The notes under the pieces are model-generated. The model searched no databases. It had not been told where the DNA came from and worked only from the letters and a program-made list of their open reading frames with translations. 64,000 bases of DNA from Malacoraja senta (taxonomy: Eukaryota): contig CM075990.1 in the NCBI GenBank assembly GCA_038087875.1, positions 15,254,001 through 15,318,000 of the forward strand, written 5' to 3'. This document shows positions 26,223 through 39,010 of this stretch, in pieces (position 1 is the stretch's first letter; each line of letters opens with the position of its first letter). A program made the position numbers and the translations under genes.

Positions 26223-29106
26223 ACTACTTACCTCTGTTTCTTTGGCACCACCTTCTAAGCCTGTCCACTCTATCACCCAAAAAAGACTATAGCTACATAC
26301 GAACAGCATCACCCGTAGGTTCCCTTCCTGGTCATACACCATCCTGACTTGCACCATTGTGCCTTCATCATCATGGAGTCTGAATCAATGGAGCTCGCTC
26401 TCCAACAGCCTCCGGAGTGCATTCACCAGACGGACCAAAGCAAATCGCTCACAATCCCTTCCTCAGAGGGAATTAGGGATTGCGTTAAGAGACAATAGCC
26501 AGACTCAGTAAAGAAGAGTAACTGTGTTTTTATGTATCAGACTTTAAACAGGAAACAAGAAAGAGATCTTGTCACAGAAAAATTGTGAATTTAACTCTGG
26601 ATTGAATTTGTTGCTTCAGTTCGGCAGTATAAACGGGGGCCCAATTTGGAAGCTTGCCCCTCAATGGATGTTGTGTGTCACAATCACTTTGCGACTTGAA
26701 CAGTATATGGATCCTCGGGATTCTTTCATCTTTAGTTGCCGAGAGGGTGGTTTTGATTAGAGCAAGGAATGATGAACACTTCGACCATCAATCCTGATTA
26801 GAGCCCCCCCCCCCCCCCCTCCAGCTGTTCTTTGAGAAGTCAAGGGGAGAGATTCATTTGATGTCACTGCTCTACGAACTGGGTCGGAGGTTAACAGAAG
26901 GTCAGGCAATGACAGAAGCCGACAACCTGATGCCCTGTTGTCTTCTGGGACTCCAACAGGTGGCATGACATCACCACACTTTCAAGAATATGGATGAATG
27001 CTGGCTTCATTTAAACGCAAAAGAGTGTAAAACACTTTTATACACACTTGACTCCCCCAAAACAATTCAAACCCCCTTTGGCTCATTTCTAGATCAAACG
27101 AAGGAACCACATTCACAAGTAGAGAGGCCGGTATTTTGCTCGAGAGAGAGAGAGAGAGAGAAAAGCTCACATCTCTAAATGGGTTTTAAATTAAAGAAAT
27201 GTGTATAGGACAAGTTTAGCTGCATCACGTGCGAATTCCATCCTGTGTGTGAAATCATCAGATGTTTATCTTGAACCTTCAATGTTTGTTCTTGTTAACT
27301 GTTCTCATATCCTCTCAGCATTTGGCTTTAATATCTTAAATGCTTTTCTAAGCTAACTCCTGTCTGCCCTGACTAATTTCCTCTCTAGCTGAGAGATCAG
27401 AGGCTTTCTTCACCGCCGTTCCTTTGCACCGGTGAAACCCCTCGTAATCCCGCTGCTTGTCCACAACTAATCTTTCCAGTTGCCACATTATTAACACTAC
27501 CACCCACAGACTGAGAACGCTTGAGCTCCACTGGACATTCACTCCTGTGGGACAGGCAGGAACGTCAATCACGCTCTGGTTAAAATGCTCCCTGCTGTCA
27601 ACATCAGAGATTTCATTCCCTTCCGACCGCTGATCAAACATTTCGTTCCTGGAAGATTAATTCACAATCCCACCCATTTCCTCCCATAGCCTCTCTCCTT
27701 TTAAGTTTATTCAATGACCCATCCTGCAACGAAGGAAGAGGCTCTGGAACACTTTAAAAATTGAGCAAAGCAAAATAGGAATCCCATGTGCTGTGAAATG
27801 TATTTTCCCTTTAAAGCTGATCAGATTAGGCATGACCAACAAGGGTTCTCTTTGATCATATGCTGTAGAAGTTCACACAAAAAAATAATCACAAGACAAG
27901 GCTGATTTGGTTTGCAGGACTACAGTAAACCTCCTTACAACCTAATCGATTTTGCTTTGATATCTTTTTGTCATTCTTTTCTCAATTGGCACTAAGGCAC
28001 TTTGCAAGCCACAAAAAGCTAACCTGCCGAGACCCATCTATCTACCTTGTCATTCATCATCCTCTTTGAAAGCATTATGCAGCAATGTGGATAACATCAC
28101 TTGCTCCTTTAGAGAGTACACTTCTCTCTAACCTTGCGCCAAAAGGCATCAGATGTTTGCCAAAAATGCATAGACATAAAAAGATCCTTTTTCATTAATT
28201 CAGATGGACATCTTGCCACACCTTTATGTGAGCAGAAGAGGGTGCTGCAAGCAGCAACTTGTATCTCAGATGTTTGGCTAAATTGTCTAAAGCAAGGAGA
28301 CCGAGGTATCAAGTGGTCACCTCATTCCTGCACCACCCAGCAACTTTGCCACATGCGTGTCAAAGATGGTTGCTAGGTGTTAGTTTGTCCTTTGTTGATT
28401 TGTAAGGAATTTAAGACATTATTACAAAACGCATATGACAGCAGCTTGGATTTATGGCACCTTAAATATAGCAAAAATATCCCAAGGCGGTTGATTGAAA
28501 CATTGAGCAAATTTGACACCAATCCATTTAAAGAGGCATTAATCTGAATGATCAAAAGCTTGATCAAAGAGGTAGATTTAAAGGAGTGACATAAAGGATG
28601 AGAAAATGCCAAGGGATATGGAGAATTCCAGAACTTTGGGTTGAGTCAGTTGGTGGCTCGCCCATTAACGTCTGAACTTTATAAAAAACAGAATGTGTTT
28701 CGAAGTTATCATGCAATAATCACATGCGATATTATGCATTTAGAAGAAAGAGACTGCAGCATATTTACTTTCAAAAGACTCATTCATATTGGAGATATAA
28801 CTATTTAAATGTGATAGCCAGATTATAACAAGTTCCAAAGTCACACTGAAGACTAAAGTCAAAGTCAAATTTATTCGTCCAATGCATCCAAAGGTGTAGT
28901 GAAATGAATTTGGAGTTTCACATGCCACGTGTGTTGGTTCCCGGAAGATCTTCAGGCCATGTGTCTATGTGGGGTTGCAGTCGTCACCCCTTCCTTCTGC
29001 TCCCAAACTCAGAGCATCGAATAGTTGAAGGTTTCCAACTGAGACACAAGGAACTGCAGGTGGTGGAACCTTGATAATACTACAAAGTGCCGGAGTAACT
29101 CAGCGA

Positions 29107-29380
29107 GTTTAGTTTAGAGATACAGTGTGGAAACAGGCCCTTCGGCCCATCGAGACCACGCTTTCCAGCGATCACGTCTACACTAATTCTACCCGACACA
29201 CTAGGGACAATTTACCTACAAACCTGCACGTCTTTGGAATGTGGGAGGTAATCGGAACACCCGTGGAAAACCCACGCAGGTCACAGGGAGAATGTACAAA
29301 CTTCGTACAGACAGCATCCGTAGTCAGGAGCGAACCAGGGCCTCTGGCGCTGTAAGGCAACAACTCTACCGCTGTGCCAC
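29107..29380 (-). mobile_element. HE1-like SINE
   Basis: Reverse-complement match to other copies. Confidence 0.83.
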
Positions 29381-30793
29381 CCTATGGATGAATGGATAGT
29401 AGACATCTTTCCAGACTCCCTTCACAGATGCTTCCTGAGCCATCGAGTTAGTTCAGCACTCTGTGTTTTACTAACTGAATCCATGCTGTCAGGTGTTACT
29501 CTTTCCTCACAATGTCACCACACCCTCTCCCAATGATGTGCCTCTGTTTCACATGACAACTGCTGCCTCACCTCACCTGCAGCCCAAGTTTGATCCTGAC
29601 CTCAAGTGTTGTCTATATGGAGTTTGCACATTCTCCCAATGGCCATGTGTGTTTATCACTCATGCTCCAGATTCCTCTTTCTACAATCAAAAGATACTTG
29701 GCCACTGTAAATTGCCCTTATTGTGCATAGAACTGGTCAAACTGGGGGCAGGGGGGTCAAAGGAATCTGGGGAGTTGAAAAATGGACTGGGATAGAATTT
29801 GTGTATATATATATAAAGGATGATTGATACAAATGCAGTGAGCCGATGGCCTGTTTTCCATGCTGTGGTGCTCTGATATATAACGTACCTCTGAGTGATA
29901 GTATGTGACAAAAGGAATCAAAAAAGCGTTATGCGCATATGACATGTTGGCTGGTGTGGGCAAGTTGGGCTGAAGGGCCTCTTTCCACACTGTATCACTA
30001 TGATTCTATGAAAGAAAGTTGTAGAGACACAAGAAAAATGGAAAGGAATGGGGTTGTTCCCATGCGAGTCAGTGTGGACCTGATGGGCTGAATGATCTTT
30101 TTCTGTTTGAAGAAGAAACATTGTCTGTCCGTTCCCTCCACAGATGATGTCTGACCCGCTGAGTTCCTCCAGCTTCAAGATTCCAGCATCTGCAGTTTCA
30201 TGTGTCCCAACCCGTTGGTTATTTTGTAATTTTATCCGACTGCCATTGGTGTTTTTGTGGAGGTCATTTTATTTCTGGTTACTGATGCCTTCTCTATTTG
30301 TGCTTTGCTTTCTTGAGTTCTCTTTTAAAATAAGTTTGCCTATACTCGTGTCCTTTCAGCTGTTTTCCTACTACATGTCAACCTTATATTCTGATTCAAC
30401 TGTGTTACTCATCTTCCACTTGCATTTGTCCCAATTTCTCTTCGGTGTCAGCTCTCACTTCTGTTTATTGAAGCTGTCTTCTATTAATAGTGGGTTTCAG
30501 AACGCATAATGCATGCCGATGAGCAATATTACACATGTACTCGATGTAAAACATTCACATGTACAACATTAAATTCTAACTCTTCCAAGTAACTCAGATG
30601 AGATCAGAGACTGTCTGATGAATTCATGGCAAACAAGAGGTCTGATGAGCAGCTTTAAAGGGCAAGCTCACACTGAAACAATTCCTAAATTGGCCCAAGT
30701 TGTTCAGCCCAATATTTCATTTAGAAGAACAGTATGGATGGTGTTTTACACATATTATGCCATTTTGAGGCACAAATCAAATGCAAATACATG

Positions 30794-30998
30794 TTTAAGA
30801 AAGAACTGAAGATGCTGGAAAAATCAAAGGTAGACAAAAATGGCGTAGGAACTCAACGGGTAAGGCAGCATCTATGGAGAGAAGGAATAGGCGACATTTC
30901 GGGCTGATTCTGAAGAAGGGTCTTGACCCAAAACGTCGCCTATTCCTTCTCTCCATAGATGCTGCCTCACCCGCTGCGTTCCTCCAGCATTTTTGTCT
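30794..30998. mobile_element. Fold-back Penelope-tail insertion
   Basis: 15-bp TSD aaatgcaaatacatg (30779-30793, 30999-31013); about 70-bp inverted arms. Confidence 0.87.
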
Positions 30999-31354
30999 AA
31001 ATGCAAATACATGCTTCTCGCCAATCAAGGAAGAGTCACATTTCAAAAGTAAATGATGAAGTATAAATAAAACAAAAATCAAACACATTTAAGGAGATAA
31101 AAGATTTGAAATTCACCAGTTAAAATACAAGTTAGAGTAATTAATTCATTTGCGATTGTCCAAGTGTGCTTCTTTGATAAATCTCTGCTGCCCAATGACT
31201 ACAGCTACAGAGGCACTGACATTTTGGTGGAAATGTGTACTACTCTTTATAGGTACAGGAATCAGATGAAAAATCACAATCAGTGCATTTTCCTTTTCCT
31301 CTCAGTAAAAACTGAATTTGTAGCCTACAACGCCCAAATGCTCTCCACCAAATG

Positions 31355-31740
31355 GGCCATGCCCTCTTCTCCTCCGGCCATCTGGCAGGTGGTGCAGAAG
31401 CGTGAAGTCCCACACTACCAGGTTCAGCAACTTCAGGTTCCTCTCCTCCAACTATCTGTATTTGAGCCGACCTGCACAACCATAATCCAACCGTAGCAAT
31501 GCAACACTATGTACCACAACTCGCACGACCAAAAACATGTTCTCTAATTGGCTTTTGCATTGTCTTGCTTTTTTCAGTCTTTTTTCACTGCCTTGCAGAA
31601 TTTATGCAGAATTCCTGTATAATTTATGTTTTATGTCTTGTTTGAGTCTCTGTACTTGTGATGCTGCTGCAAGTAAGATTCTCACTGCACCTGTACCACA
31701 CTGCATTTAGGCAAATGACAATAAACTCGACTTGACTTGA
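31355..31740 (+). mobile_element. Rex1/Babar-like 3' remnant
   Basis: ccatctggcaggtggtgcagaagcgtgaagtcccacactaccaggttcagcaac...atgacaataaact(cgactt/gactt)n. Confidence 0.6.
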
Positions 31741-31899
31741 AATATTCAATTGAATCTTCCTAATAAAGATGAAATGTTATTGAGTTTGTATTCATCAAAC
31801 CCTTTTAAGATTTGAGTGGATCTAGAGTAACAGTCCCACAAACACTTGAAGGGCGTACGGTTTCAGATCCCGCAAGTGCATTGGTGCTTTGTCTACAGA

Positions 31900-32380
31900 A
31901 TATATTATTGTTATATCATCATTATTGTTATATTGTCATATTGTCATATTGTTATATTGTTATAATATTGTCATATTATTATATCATCATCATTGGCGGT
32001 CACTCGAAATGAGTATGACTGTCCTCTCCTGAGGACGCCTGTGCGTGACTTTGTTTAACGTGGGGAGACTGGTGCACAGACAGCCACCACACGATCCTTG
32101 ACAGATCTGGGTCAGGATCCAGTGGCATGGAGACCAAGACAACCGGGGACCCTTTTCTGCTGCAGCCTTCATCCACCTTCCCAGCCATTGTGACATTCCA
32201 CTAAGCTCAGCCATCATCCTCCGCTTGTTCCACCGTTGAGGTCTTGGTTGGATTGCTCTTTGTCAGGGACCTCCCCCTCGACCTTACCGTCATGGGTGGC
32301 CCTACCAGGAGCATCGCTCCAGACGGCATCGCTCTCAGGATCTCAGGTCCAAACTAGCTTCTCCACCACGACAAGGTGAA
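31900..32380 (-). mobile_element. RTE-like non-autonomous element with (tat/cat)n microsatellite tail
   Basis: Microsatellite 31900-31993 abuts a GC-richer body ending ctccaccacgacaaggtga. Confidence 0.5.
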
Positions 32381-33331
32381 TGCAAAGACATAATGATGCA
32401 ACAAATGTAAAGCCACGCACTGTTTTGTACATATTACAAAACATACAAACATATGTTTTGTTCCTTACTACAGTTTAACATTGAAATTAAAAAAGTAGCC
32501 CTTAGTTTGAAGAAGGGTCTCGACCCGAAACATCACCCATTCCTTCTCTCCAGAGATGCTGCCTGTCGCGCTGAGTTACGGCAGCATTTTGTGTCTCCCT
32601 GTGGTCCTTATTCAACCCTGACTTCCAGTGTCGTCACATATTCTCAATGAGACCACATGGGTCTGCTCCCACATCCCAAAGATGCGTGGGTTTGATGGTT
32701 CCCATGCAACGTTAAATCGAGAACCGAGTGACTATTTTTCTTCAAATTTACAGCATCATTGGCTGTTCCATGATCTTCATGAGTGGCAAGGGCGTTTTGT
32801 TTAAAGATAGGTGCCAAAATTACCGAGTATGACACTATTGAATGTTTAGACACTGAGAATGTCTGAACAGGTTTGTTTACTGTAGATTTTTTAAATTCTG
32901 AATAAAGTTTAGGTTTGGAAAGAAATTCATGCTAAGGTCTCATGAAAGTTGGTGCAGCCAATGCCCAGGGTCTGTGGTGGAGGACCATAGTCTAGGGTCC
33001 TTCTGCTGCGGAACATAGAGAGTCAGGGGACACCTCGCAGAACAAGGCAATGGACTTCACACCAGAGGATCACATCAGTGGCAAGGGCGTTCTGTTTAAA
33101 GGTAGGTGTGAACACTAATGAGTATCACATTACTGAATGTATCGACACTGAGAATGTCTGAAAAGTTTTTGCTGTGTGTATATCTTTTATCTGAATAAAC
33201 TTTAATTTGGGGGGAAAAAAAGTTCCATGTAACATTGATTCACGAGGGCTATACTGAAGGTTGCTGCATTATTGGAAGCACCTTCCTTCAGTGGAGACAT
33301 TAAACATGCGCATTGTCTAGTGTTTCAGTTA

Positions 33332-33782
33332 AGGGCCTGTCCCACGGGCATGCAACTCCATGCGGCAAGCGCGACCTAACCGCAAGCGGGGGCCGCGCGG
33401 GGGCCGAGTGATCCCCGTACAGGGCCTGTCCCACCGGCATGCGGCTGCATGCGGCAAGCGCGGAGGTCGAGTGAGTGACGCGGGAAGTTCACGCGTGACG
33501 TATGGCGTCGAGACACTGCGCACGCCCGTCGAGGTGGTGCGTACGTTGTCGAGGCGGTGCTTACGGCGTAGAGGCGGCTGCGGGCAGGTAGGCCGTTGCC
33601 TCGCGGAAGTTTTGAACAAGGTCCATTTTTCGGAGCCCCGCGCGATGTCGGGACCAGCTCTGCACAACTCCATACGGCTCCGGCGATCGAAGTGGGACCG
33701 GCCCCCGCGAGACAGTACGGCTCAAGCGACCACGTTAGGTTGCGCTTGCCGCATGCAGTCGCATGCTCGTGGGACAGGCCCT
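33332..33782. mobile_element. GC-rich Harbinger-like MITE with a second internal left TIR at 33421
   Basis: About 50-bp TIRs agggcctgtcccacg(g/a)gcatgc...; TTA on both sides. Confidence 0.85.
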
Positions 33783-33842
33783 TTAGGCATCAAAGATCTG
33801 ATGGGACTGTAATGAAGAGGAGTAAATGAATTATGCCCAAAG

Positions 33843-34198
33843 ATAGACACAAAAAGCTGGAGTAGCTCAGCAAGTCAGGCAGCATCTCTGAAGAAAAGGA
33901 ATAGGTGACCTTTCGGGTCGAGACCCTTCTTCAGACTGAGATTCATAGGCGAGGGAAACTGGAAGTACATAACAAATTAGAGTAGGAACCAATGGCCAAG
34001 GAGCCCACAAGTTGGCTGTGGAAGAGGTGATAACGAAGGGATACGAACAGTGAAACTAGCAGGATGCCAGTGTCGGGGAGGGACGGCGAGTGGGGGGATG
34101 CAACTGTTACTTGAAATTAGAGAAATTAATAGTTCAGTTGAGGTGAGTTTAGTTTATTTAAACTGCTCAGGCTGCAATATTCATTCCGCTCCAGCATT
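33843..34198 (-). mobile_element. Penelope-tail insertion
   Basis: 12-bp TSD ttatgcccaaag (33831-33842, 34199-34210). Confidence 0.8.
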
Positions 34199-34346
34199 TT
34201 ATGCCCAAAGTCTTACCAATGCTTAGGCCCCAGTTCTGGCTAATATTTACCACCCAATGTCATCAAAAGAAAAACGACATTGTCATTACAGTTGTTTCTG
34301 GAGAGCTGCTGTGTACAAGTTGACAGCCATGGTTCTTACATGGACT

Positions 34347-34789
34347 AGAGGGTGTGAGCTATAGGGAGAGGTTGAGTAGGCTGGGTCTCTATTCCATGGA
34401 GCGCAGGAGGATGAGGGGAGATCTTATGGAGGCAAACAAAATCATGAGAGGAATAGATCAGGTGGATGCGCAGTCTTATGCCCAGATAAGGGGAATCAAG
34501 AACCAGAGGACATAGGTTCAAGATGAAGGGGAGAAGATTTAATAGGAATCCGAGGGGTAACATTTTCACACAAAGGGTGGTGGGTGTATGGAACAAGCTG
34601 CCAGAAGAGGTAGTTGAGGCTGGGACTATCCCATCGTTTAAGAAACAATTAGACAGGTACATGGATAGGACAGGAGGGATATGGACCAAGTGCAGGCAAA
34701 TGGGACTAGTGTAGCTGGGACATTGTTGACCAGTGTGGGCAAGTTGGGCCGAAGGGCCTGTTCCCACACTGTATCACTCTATGACTCTA
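34347..34789 (+). mobile_element. CR1 3' fragment (subfamily sharing its tail with the SINE)
   Basis: RGNIFTQRVVGVWNKLPEEVVEAGTI..FKKQLDRYM; tail gggccgaagggcctgttcccacactgtatcactctatgactcta. Confidence 0.88.
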
Positions 34790-35116
34790 ACAGTGACGAG
34801 ATGTTAATAAACCATTGTTGGTTGTAAAACATGTACATGGAAGCCCTCTCAGCTACAGTATGTATGAGTCGATGCAGAAATGAATGTCTTTTTCCTTTTT
34901 GACATTTGTGATGTCTACTTAGCTTCACTCTGTATAGATGCCAATCCCCATTCAATTACATTCAGTTCTACCGTGAAGAACAGCATATGATCCATACGGC
35001 AACAAAGAAGTGTCAAGGATGCTGGAGGAAACAGATGATGCAAATTGCAAGATAAAAAGACAAACAAACTTTTTTTTTTATTTTTTAAATAGACAATCTA
35101 ATCATCTATATTTTTC

Positions 35117-35420
35117 AATGCTGGAGAAACTCAGCGGGTGAGGCAGCATCTACGGAGCGAAGGAATAGGCAACATTTCGGGTCGAGACTCTTCAAGAGTC
35201 TCGACCCGAAATGTCGCCTATTCCTTCGCTCCATAGATGCTGCCTCACCCGCTGAGTTCCTCCAGCATTTTTGTCTACCTTCGATTTTTCCAGCATCTGC
35301 AGTTAACATAAAAAATAGGTGCAGGAAGAGGCCATTTGGCCCTTCGAGCCAGCACCGCCATTCATTGTGATCATGGCTGATCGTCCCCAATCAATAACCC
35401 GTGCCTGCCTTCTCCCCTTC
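35117..35420. mobile_element. Fold-back Penelope tail (35117-35303) abutting a CR1 tail (35308-35420)
   Basis: About 73-bp inverted arms centred on gagactct-tca-agagtctc. Confidence 0.8.
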
Positions 35421-35734
35421 CTTAAACATGTATATTTTTCTATTACTTCACCATTTTCCCCCCAAAGTTCTTCACATAAAATCTACAGGTTTTAAATTAA
35501 ACTTGGGTTTTTTTTCTGATGCATGTATGTTCTGACATTAAAGCTGAGCCACCAAGAGGACGAGGAACTAACTTGCCCACGCATTGGTCAGCTCGTGTGA
35601 TCTTTGGTCAAATATGGCAGGGCTGTCAACCTTTGGTTAAATCATGAATGGACCAATGGCACTTTAGTAATTAACAACATAACCAAAGCTTTAAGTGATG
35701 TAACAGAGTCAGAAATCAGAAAGAATCCATTTAA

Positions 35735-36000
35735 GGTCGCAGTGGTAGAGTTGCTAGAGTCACGGGTTCGATCCTGACTGTGGGTGCTGTCTGCACAGAG
35801 TTTGTACGCTCTCCCCATAACCACGTGGGTTTTCCCCGGGTGCTCCGGTTTCCTCCCACAGTCAAAGGTTTACAGGTTTGTCGGTAAAACGTGTAAATTG
35901 TTCCCAGTGTGTCGGATAGTGCTAGTATACGGGGATCACTGGTCGGCGCGGACTCTGTGGGCTAAAGGGCCCGTTTGCGTGCTGTACCTCTAAACTGAAC
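35735..36000 (+). mobile_element. HE1-like SINE
   Basis: Core and tail motifs present. Confidence 0.8.
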
Positions 36001-36012
36001 TCAAAGTTTCAA

Positions 36013-36409
36013 ATTAAACACAAATTGAGGTCAGGTAAGGGGGGGATGATAGTTGAAGAGTTGGTATGTCCCATTTGTGTAATGCTCATAAAAATATTTG
36101 TTTCTCTCTTTTTCCTCTTTCTCTTTCTCTTTCTTTTCTAGGGTCTATTTCCTAACTCTTTGTCTTTTGTTTTTAATTTTGCTCTTATAGGGACTTCGTC
36201 CTTTTTTGTTGTCACATTTTCTACACTCTCACTTTTTCCTTCACTTTCTTCTTTCTTTCAATCTTTTCCTTTTCTAGTGTAAAAAATAAATGGAGTACAT
36301 TAATTGTAAGAAGACATAAGTGACGAGTACTAATGTATGTGGTTGTAATGTAATGTACTTCTAATAAATTTAAAAAAAAAAAAAAAATTTAATTAAAAAA
36401 AATTAAAAA
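36013..36409 (+). mobile_element. L1 3' UTR fragment with poly(A)
   Basis: Matches the reverse complement of 25510-25565; aataaa + A-tail; TSD aaagtttcaa (36003-36012, 36410-36419). Confidence 0.85.
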
Positions 36410-37508
36410 AAAGTTTCAACAGAACACAGGACAACTGCTTGTGGAGTTTAATCACAGGTTGTTTTTCGAGCTGCGAGTAAATTTCAATTAGTTGCTAAAC
36501 GGGCAAAAACAGAGCACGAATTTAGGCAGGGCAAACCTCGGATTAGAATGGTCCTTGCCAAGAAAACTATTTTATAAACTTGTTTTTGAAGACGAGCATT
36601 GGAGTTATGGTCCTGAAACTCTTGCACTTGTTAGCTGCCCAAAGCCCCCTGTAGCTCAGCCAGCTGCTATTTAGAACAAGCATTGTCTGTGCAGGATGTG
36701 GTGCCTTGCGGACACAGGATCAGTTAAAAACTTTGCTGGGATGGCAACAGCAATGTGCATGTGCAGTGTTTTGGGCATTGGTTTAAACTCAGAGCCTTGT
36801 GATCATTTTTCTTTAAATGTACAACTTTATTGACTCTTGCATGAAGCATTGATTGTGCTTGGTTCTAAACAGAGCTGCCAAGAGGCAAATTCGGCCATGA
36901 GGAGAACACATAGGGCGAGCGCACAGTCTTTTACCCCGGATACGTGAATCAAAATCAAGACACAATATGTTTAAGGTGAGAGGGGCAAGTTTCAATACAA
37001 ACCTGAAGGGCAACTTTTTCTACTCGGAGGGTGGTAAGCATATGGAACGAGCTGCCAGAGGAAATATTTGAAGCAGATTCCATAACAGCATTTAAAAGAC
37101 ATTTTGACAGGTACATGGATAGGAATAGTTGAGATGGATAAAGGCCAAACATTTAGCAATTGGGGTGACTTGGTCGGCAGGGACGAGAAGGGGTGAAGGG
37201 CTCGTTTCCATCCTATATGACTATGTCTGTGGAAACCCAACAGGACAAGTTCACCAACTCTAACACAGAGATGGACCAAGTTGCCAAATCTGTGAGTGGT
37301 GAAAAAAAAGGGGCAATTTACAGCAGCCATTTAACTTATCAAACTGCTCATCGTTGGGTTGTGGGGGGGATAATGGAGCACCTGCTGTGACAGGGAGAAG
37401 GTCACAGTGAGAAGGATTGAAACTGGGGCATCGGGTGCCCAGCCTGAGAAGACTTGGGTGTAAAATGCTGTGCTTGAGGTATTCATGTCCACTATTTTGG
37501 GGTATTCA

Positions 37509-39010
37509 ATAGACAACAGGTGCAGGAGTAGGCCATTCGGCCCTTCGAGCCAGCACCGCCATTCAATGTGATCATGGCTGATCATCCCCAATCAGTACCC
37601 CGTTCCTGCCTTCTCACCATATCCCCTGACTCCGCTAGCCCTAAGAGCTTTATCTAACTCTTTTGAATGCATCCAGTGAATCGGCCTCCACTGTCTTATG
37701 AGGCAGAGGATTCCACAGACTCACAACTCTCTGTGTGAAAAAGTGTTTCCTCATCTGCGTTCTAAATGGCTTACCCCTTATTCTTAAACTGTGGCCCCTG
37801 GTTCTGGACTCCCCCAACATTGGGAACACGTTTCCCACCTCTAGCATTTCCAAACCCTTAATAATCTTAAATGTTTCAATAAGATTCCCTCTCATCCTTC
37901 TAAACTCCAGAGTGTACAAGCCCAGCCGTTCCATTCTCACAGCATATGACAGTCCCGCCATCCCGGGAATTAACCTTGTAAACCTACGCTGCACTCCCTC
38001 AATAGCAAGAGTGTCCTTCCTCAAATTAGGGGACCAAAACTGCACACAATACTCCAGGTGTGGTCTCACTGGGGCCCTGTACAACTGCAGAAGGATCTCT
38101 TTGCTCCTATACTCAACTCGTCTTGTTATGAAGTGGCGGCGCTGTCGAACAGCAGCGGCTCGCCTGCAGTCCGTCTGTTTTTACTTTTTTTGTTGTTTTC
38201 TTTTGTCCTGTTTTAGTTAAATTTTAGTTTATTGGGTTGTGTATGTGTGGGGTGGGGGGGTGAAACATGATTTTTGTCTCTTCCTTCGGGGGAATGCGAC
38301 TTTTTCTTGTCGTATCCCCCTTCTCTGCCTCCGTCTGCGACGAGGCCTAATGGCGGAGCTGCCGGCCTCCAACTCCAACTGCGAGCGACCGACCTCGAGG
38401 CTCCGGAGGCAGAGCCAGGACTTACCAGCGCGGGGCTGGCCAACTTCGGGGCTGCGGTGGCGTTCCGGCGGTGGCGACCGAGGACACTGGTGGCGACCGA
38501 GGACGCTGGTGGCGACCTGAACCCGGAGGCTCGGCCGCGGGCCCGGTGGATGACATCGTCGGGAGCTTGCAGGTCACAGGTGGGTGACCTGTTTTTCTGG
38601 GGCTCCCGCAACTACAGCTGCATCCGCTGGACTGGAAGGCGGCAGCTTCGGCCACTCCGGGCCGCGGAGTTTGTACCGGCCCGTCGCGGACGGAGCACGG
38701 ATTCAGCCGCGGGATTGACTTACCATCACCCGGCGGGGCCACAACATCAGAAGCCTGGATCGCCTCAGTGCAGAGGGAGAACAAAGCGGGAAGAGACAGA
38801 GACTTTAAGACTTTTGCCTCCATCACAGTGAGGAGGTGCCTGGTGAACTCACTGTGGTGGATGTTAATTTGTGTTTATTGTGTGTTTTGTTATTTATTAT
38901 TATATGTATGACTGCAGGCAACGAAATTTCGTTCAGACCGAAAGGTCTAAATGACAAATAAAGGAATCTCTAAGACCAACATGCCATTTGCTTTCTTCAC
39001 TGCCTGCTGT
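37509..39010 (-). mobile_element. CR1 LINE 3' fragment interrupted at 38134-38971
   Basis: VRPHLEYCVQFWSP...IEGVQRRFTRLIPG; CR1 resumes at 38972 aagaccaacatgccatttgctttcttcactgcc. Confidence 0.9.
38134..38971 (+). mobile_element. Unclassified ~840-bp GC-rich non-coding retroposon with Rex1/Babar-type tail
   Basis: Starts tggcggcgctg; ends aaatttcgttcagaccgaaaggtctaaatgacaaataaagg; aag on both sides. Confidence 0.6.

Larger units (their letters stand above)
33249..34900 (+). mobile_element. Ancient Deu-domain-like SINE split by three younger insertions
   Basis: Pieces 33249-33331, 33783-33842, 34199-34345 and 34788-34900 join into tactgaagg.tgctgca...gagacattaaac...aaagatc...gaagaggag...ctggctaatattta...gctgctgtgtacaagttgacagcc...aacagtgac...ggttgtaaa. 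Confidence 0.6.

Noticed and set aside
33329..33829. Overlapping Arg-rich ORFs
   Set aside because: GC-rich MITE sequence; no transposase motifs.
38213..38831. GC-rich ORFs or a CpG-island promoter
   Set aside because: The segment is an insertion inside a CR1 fragment; translations are low-complexity.
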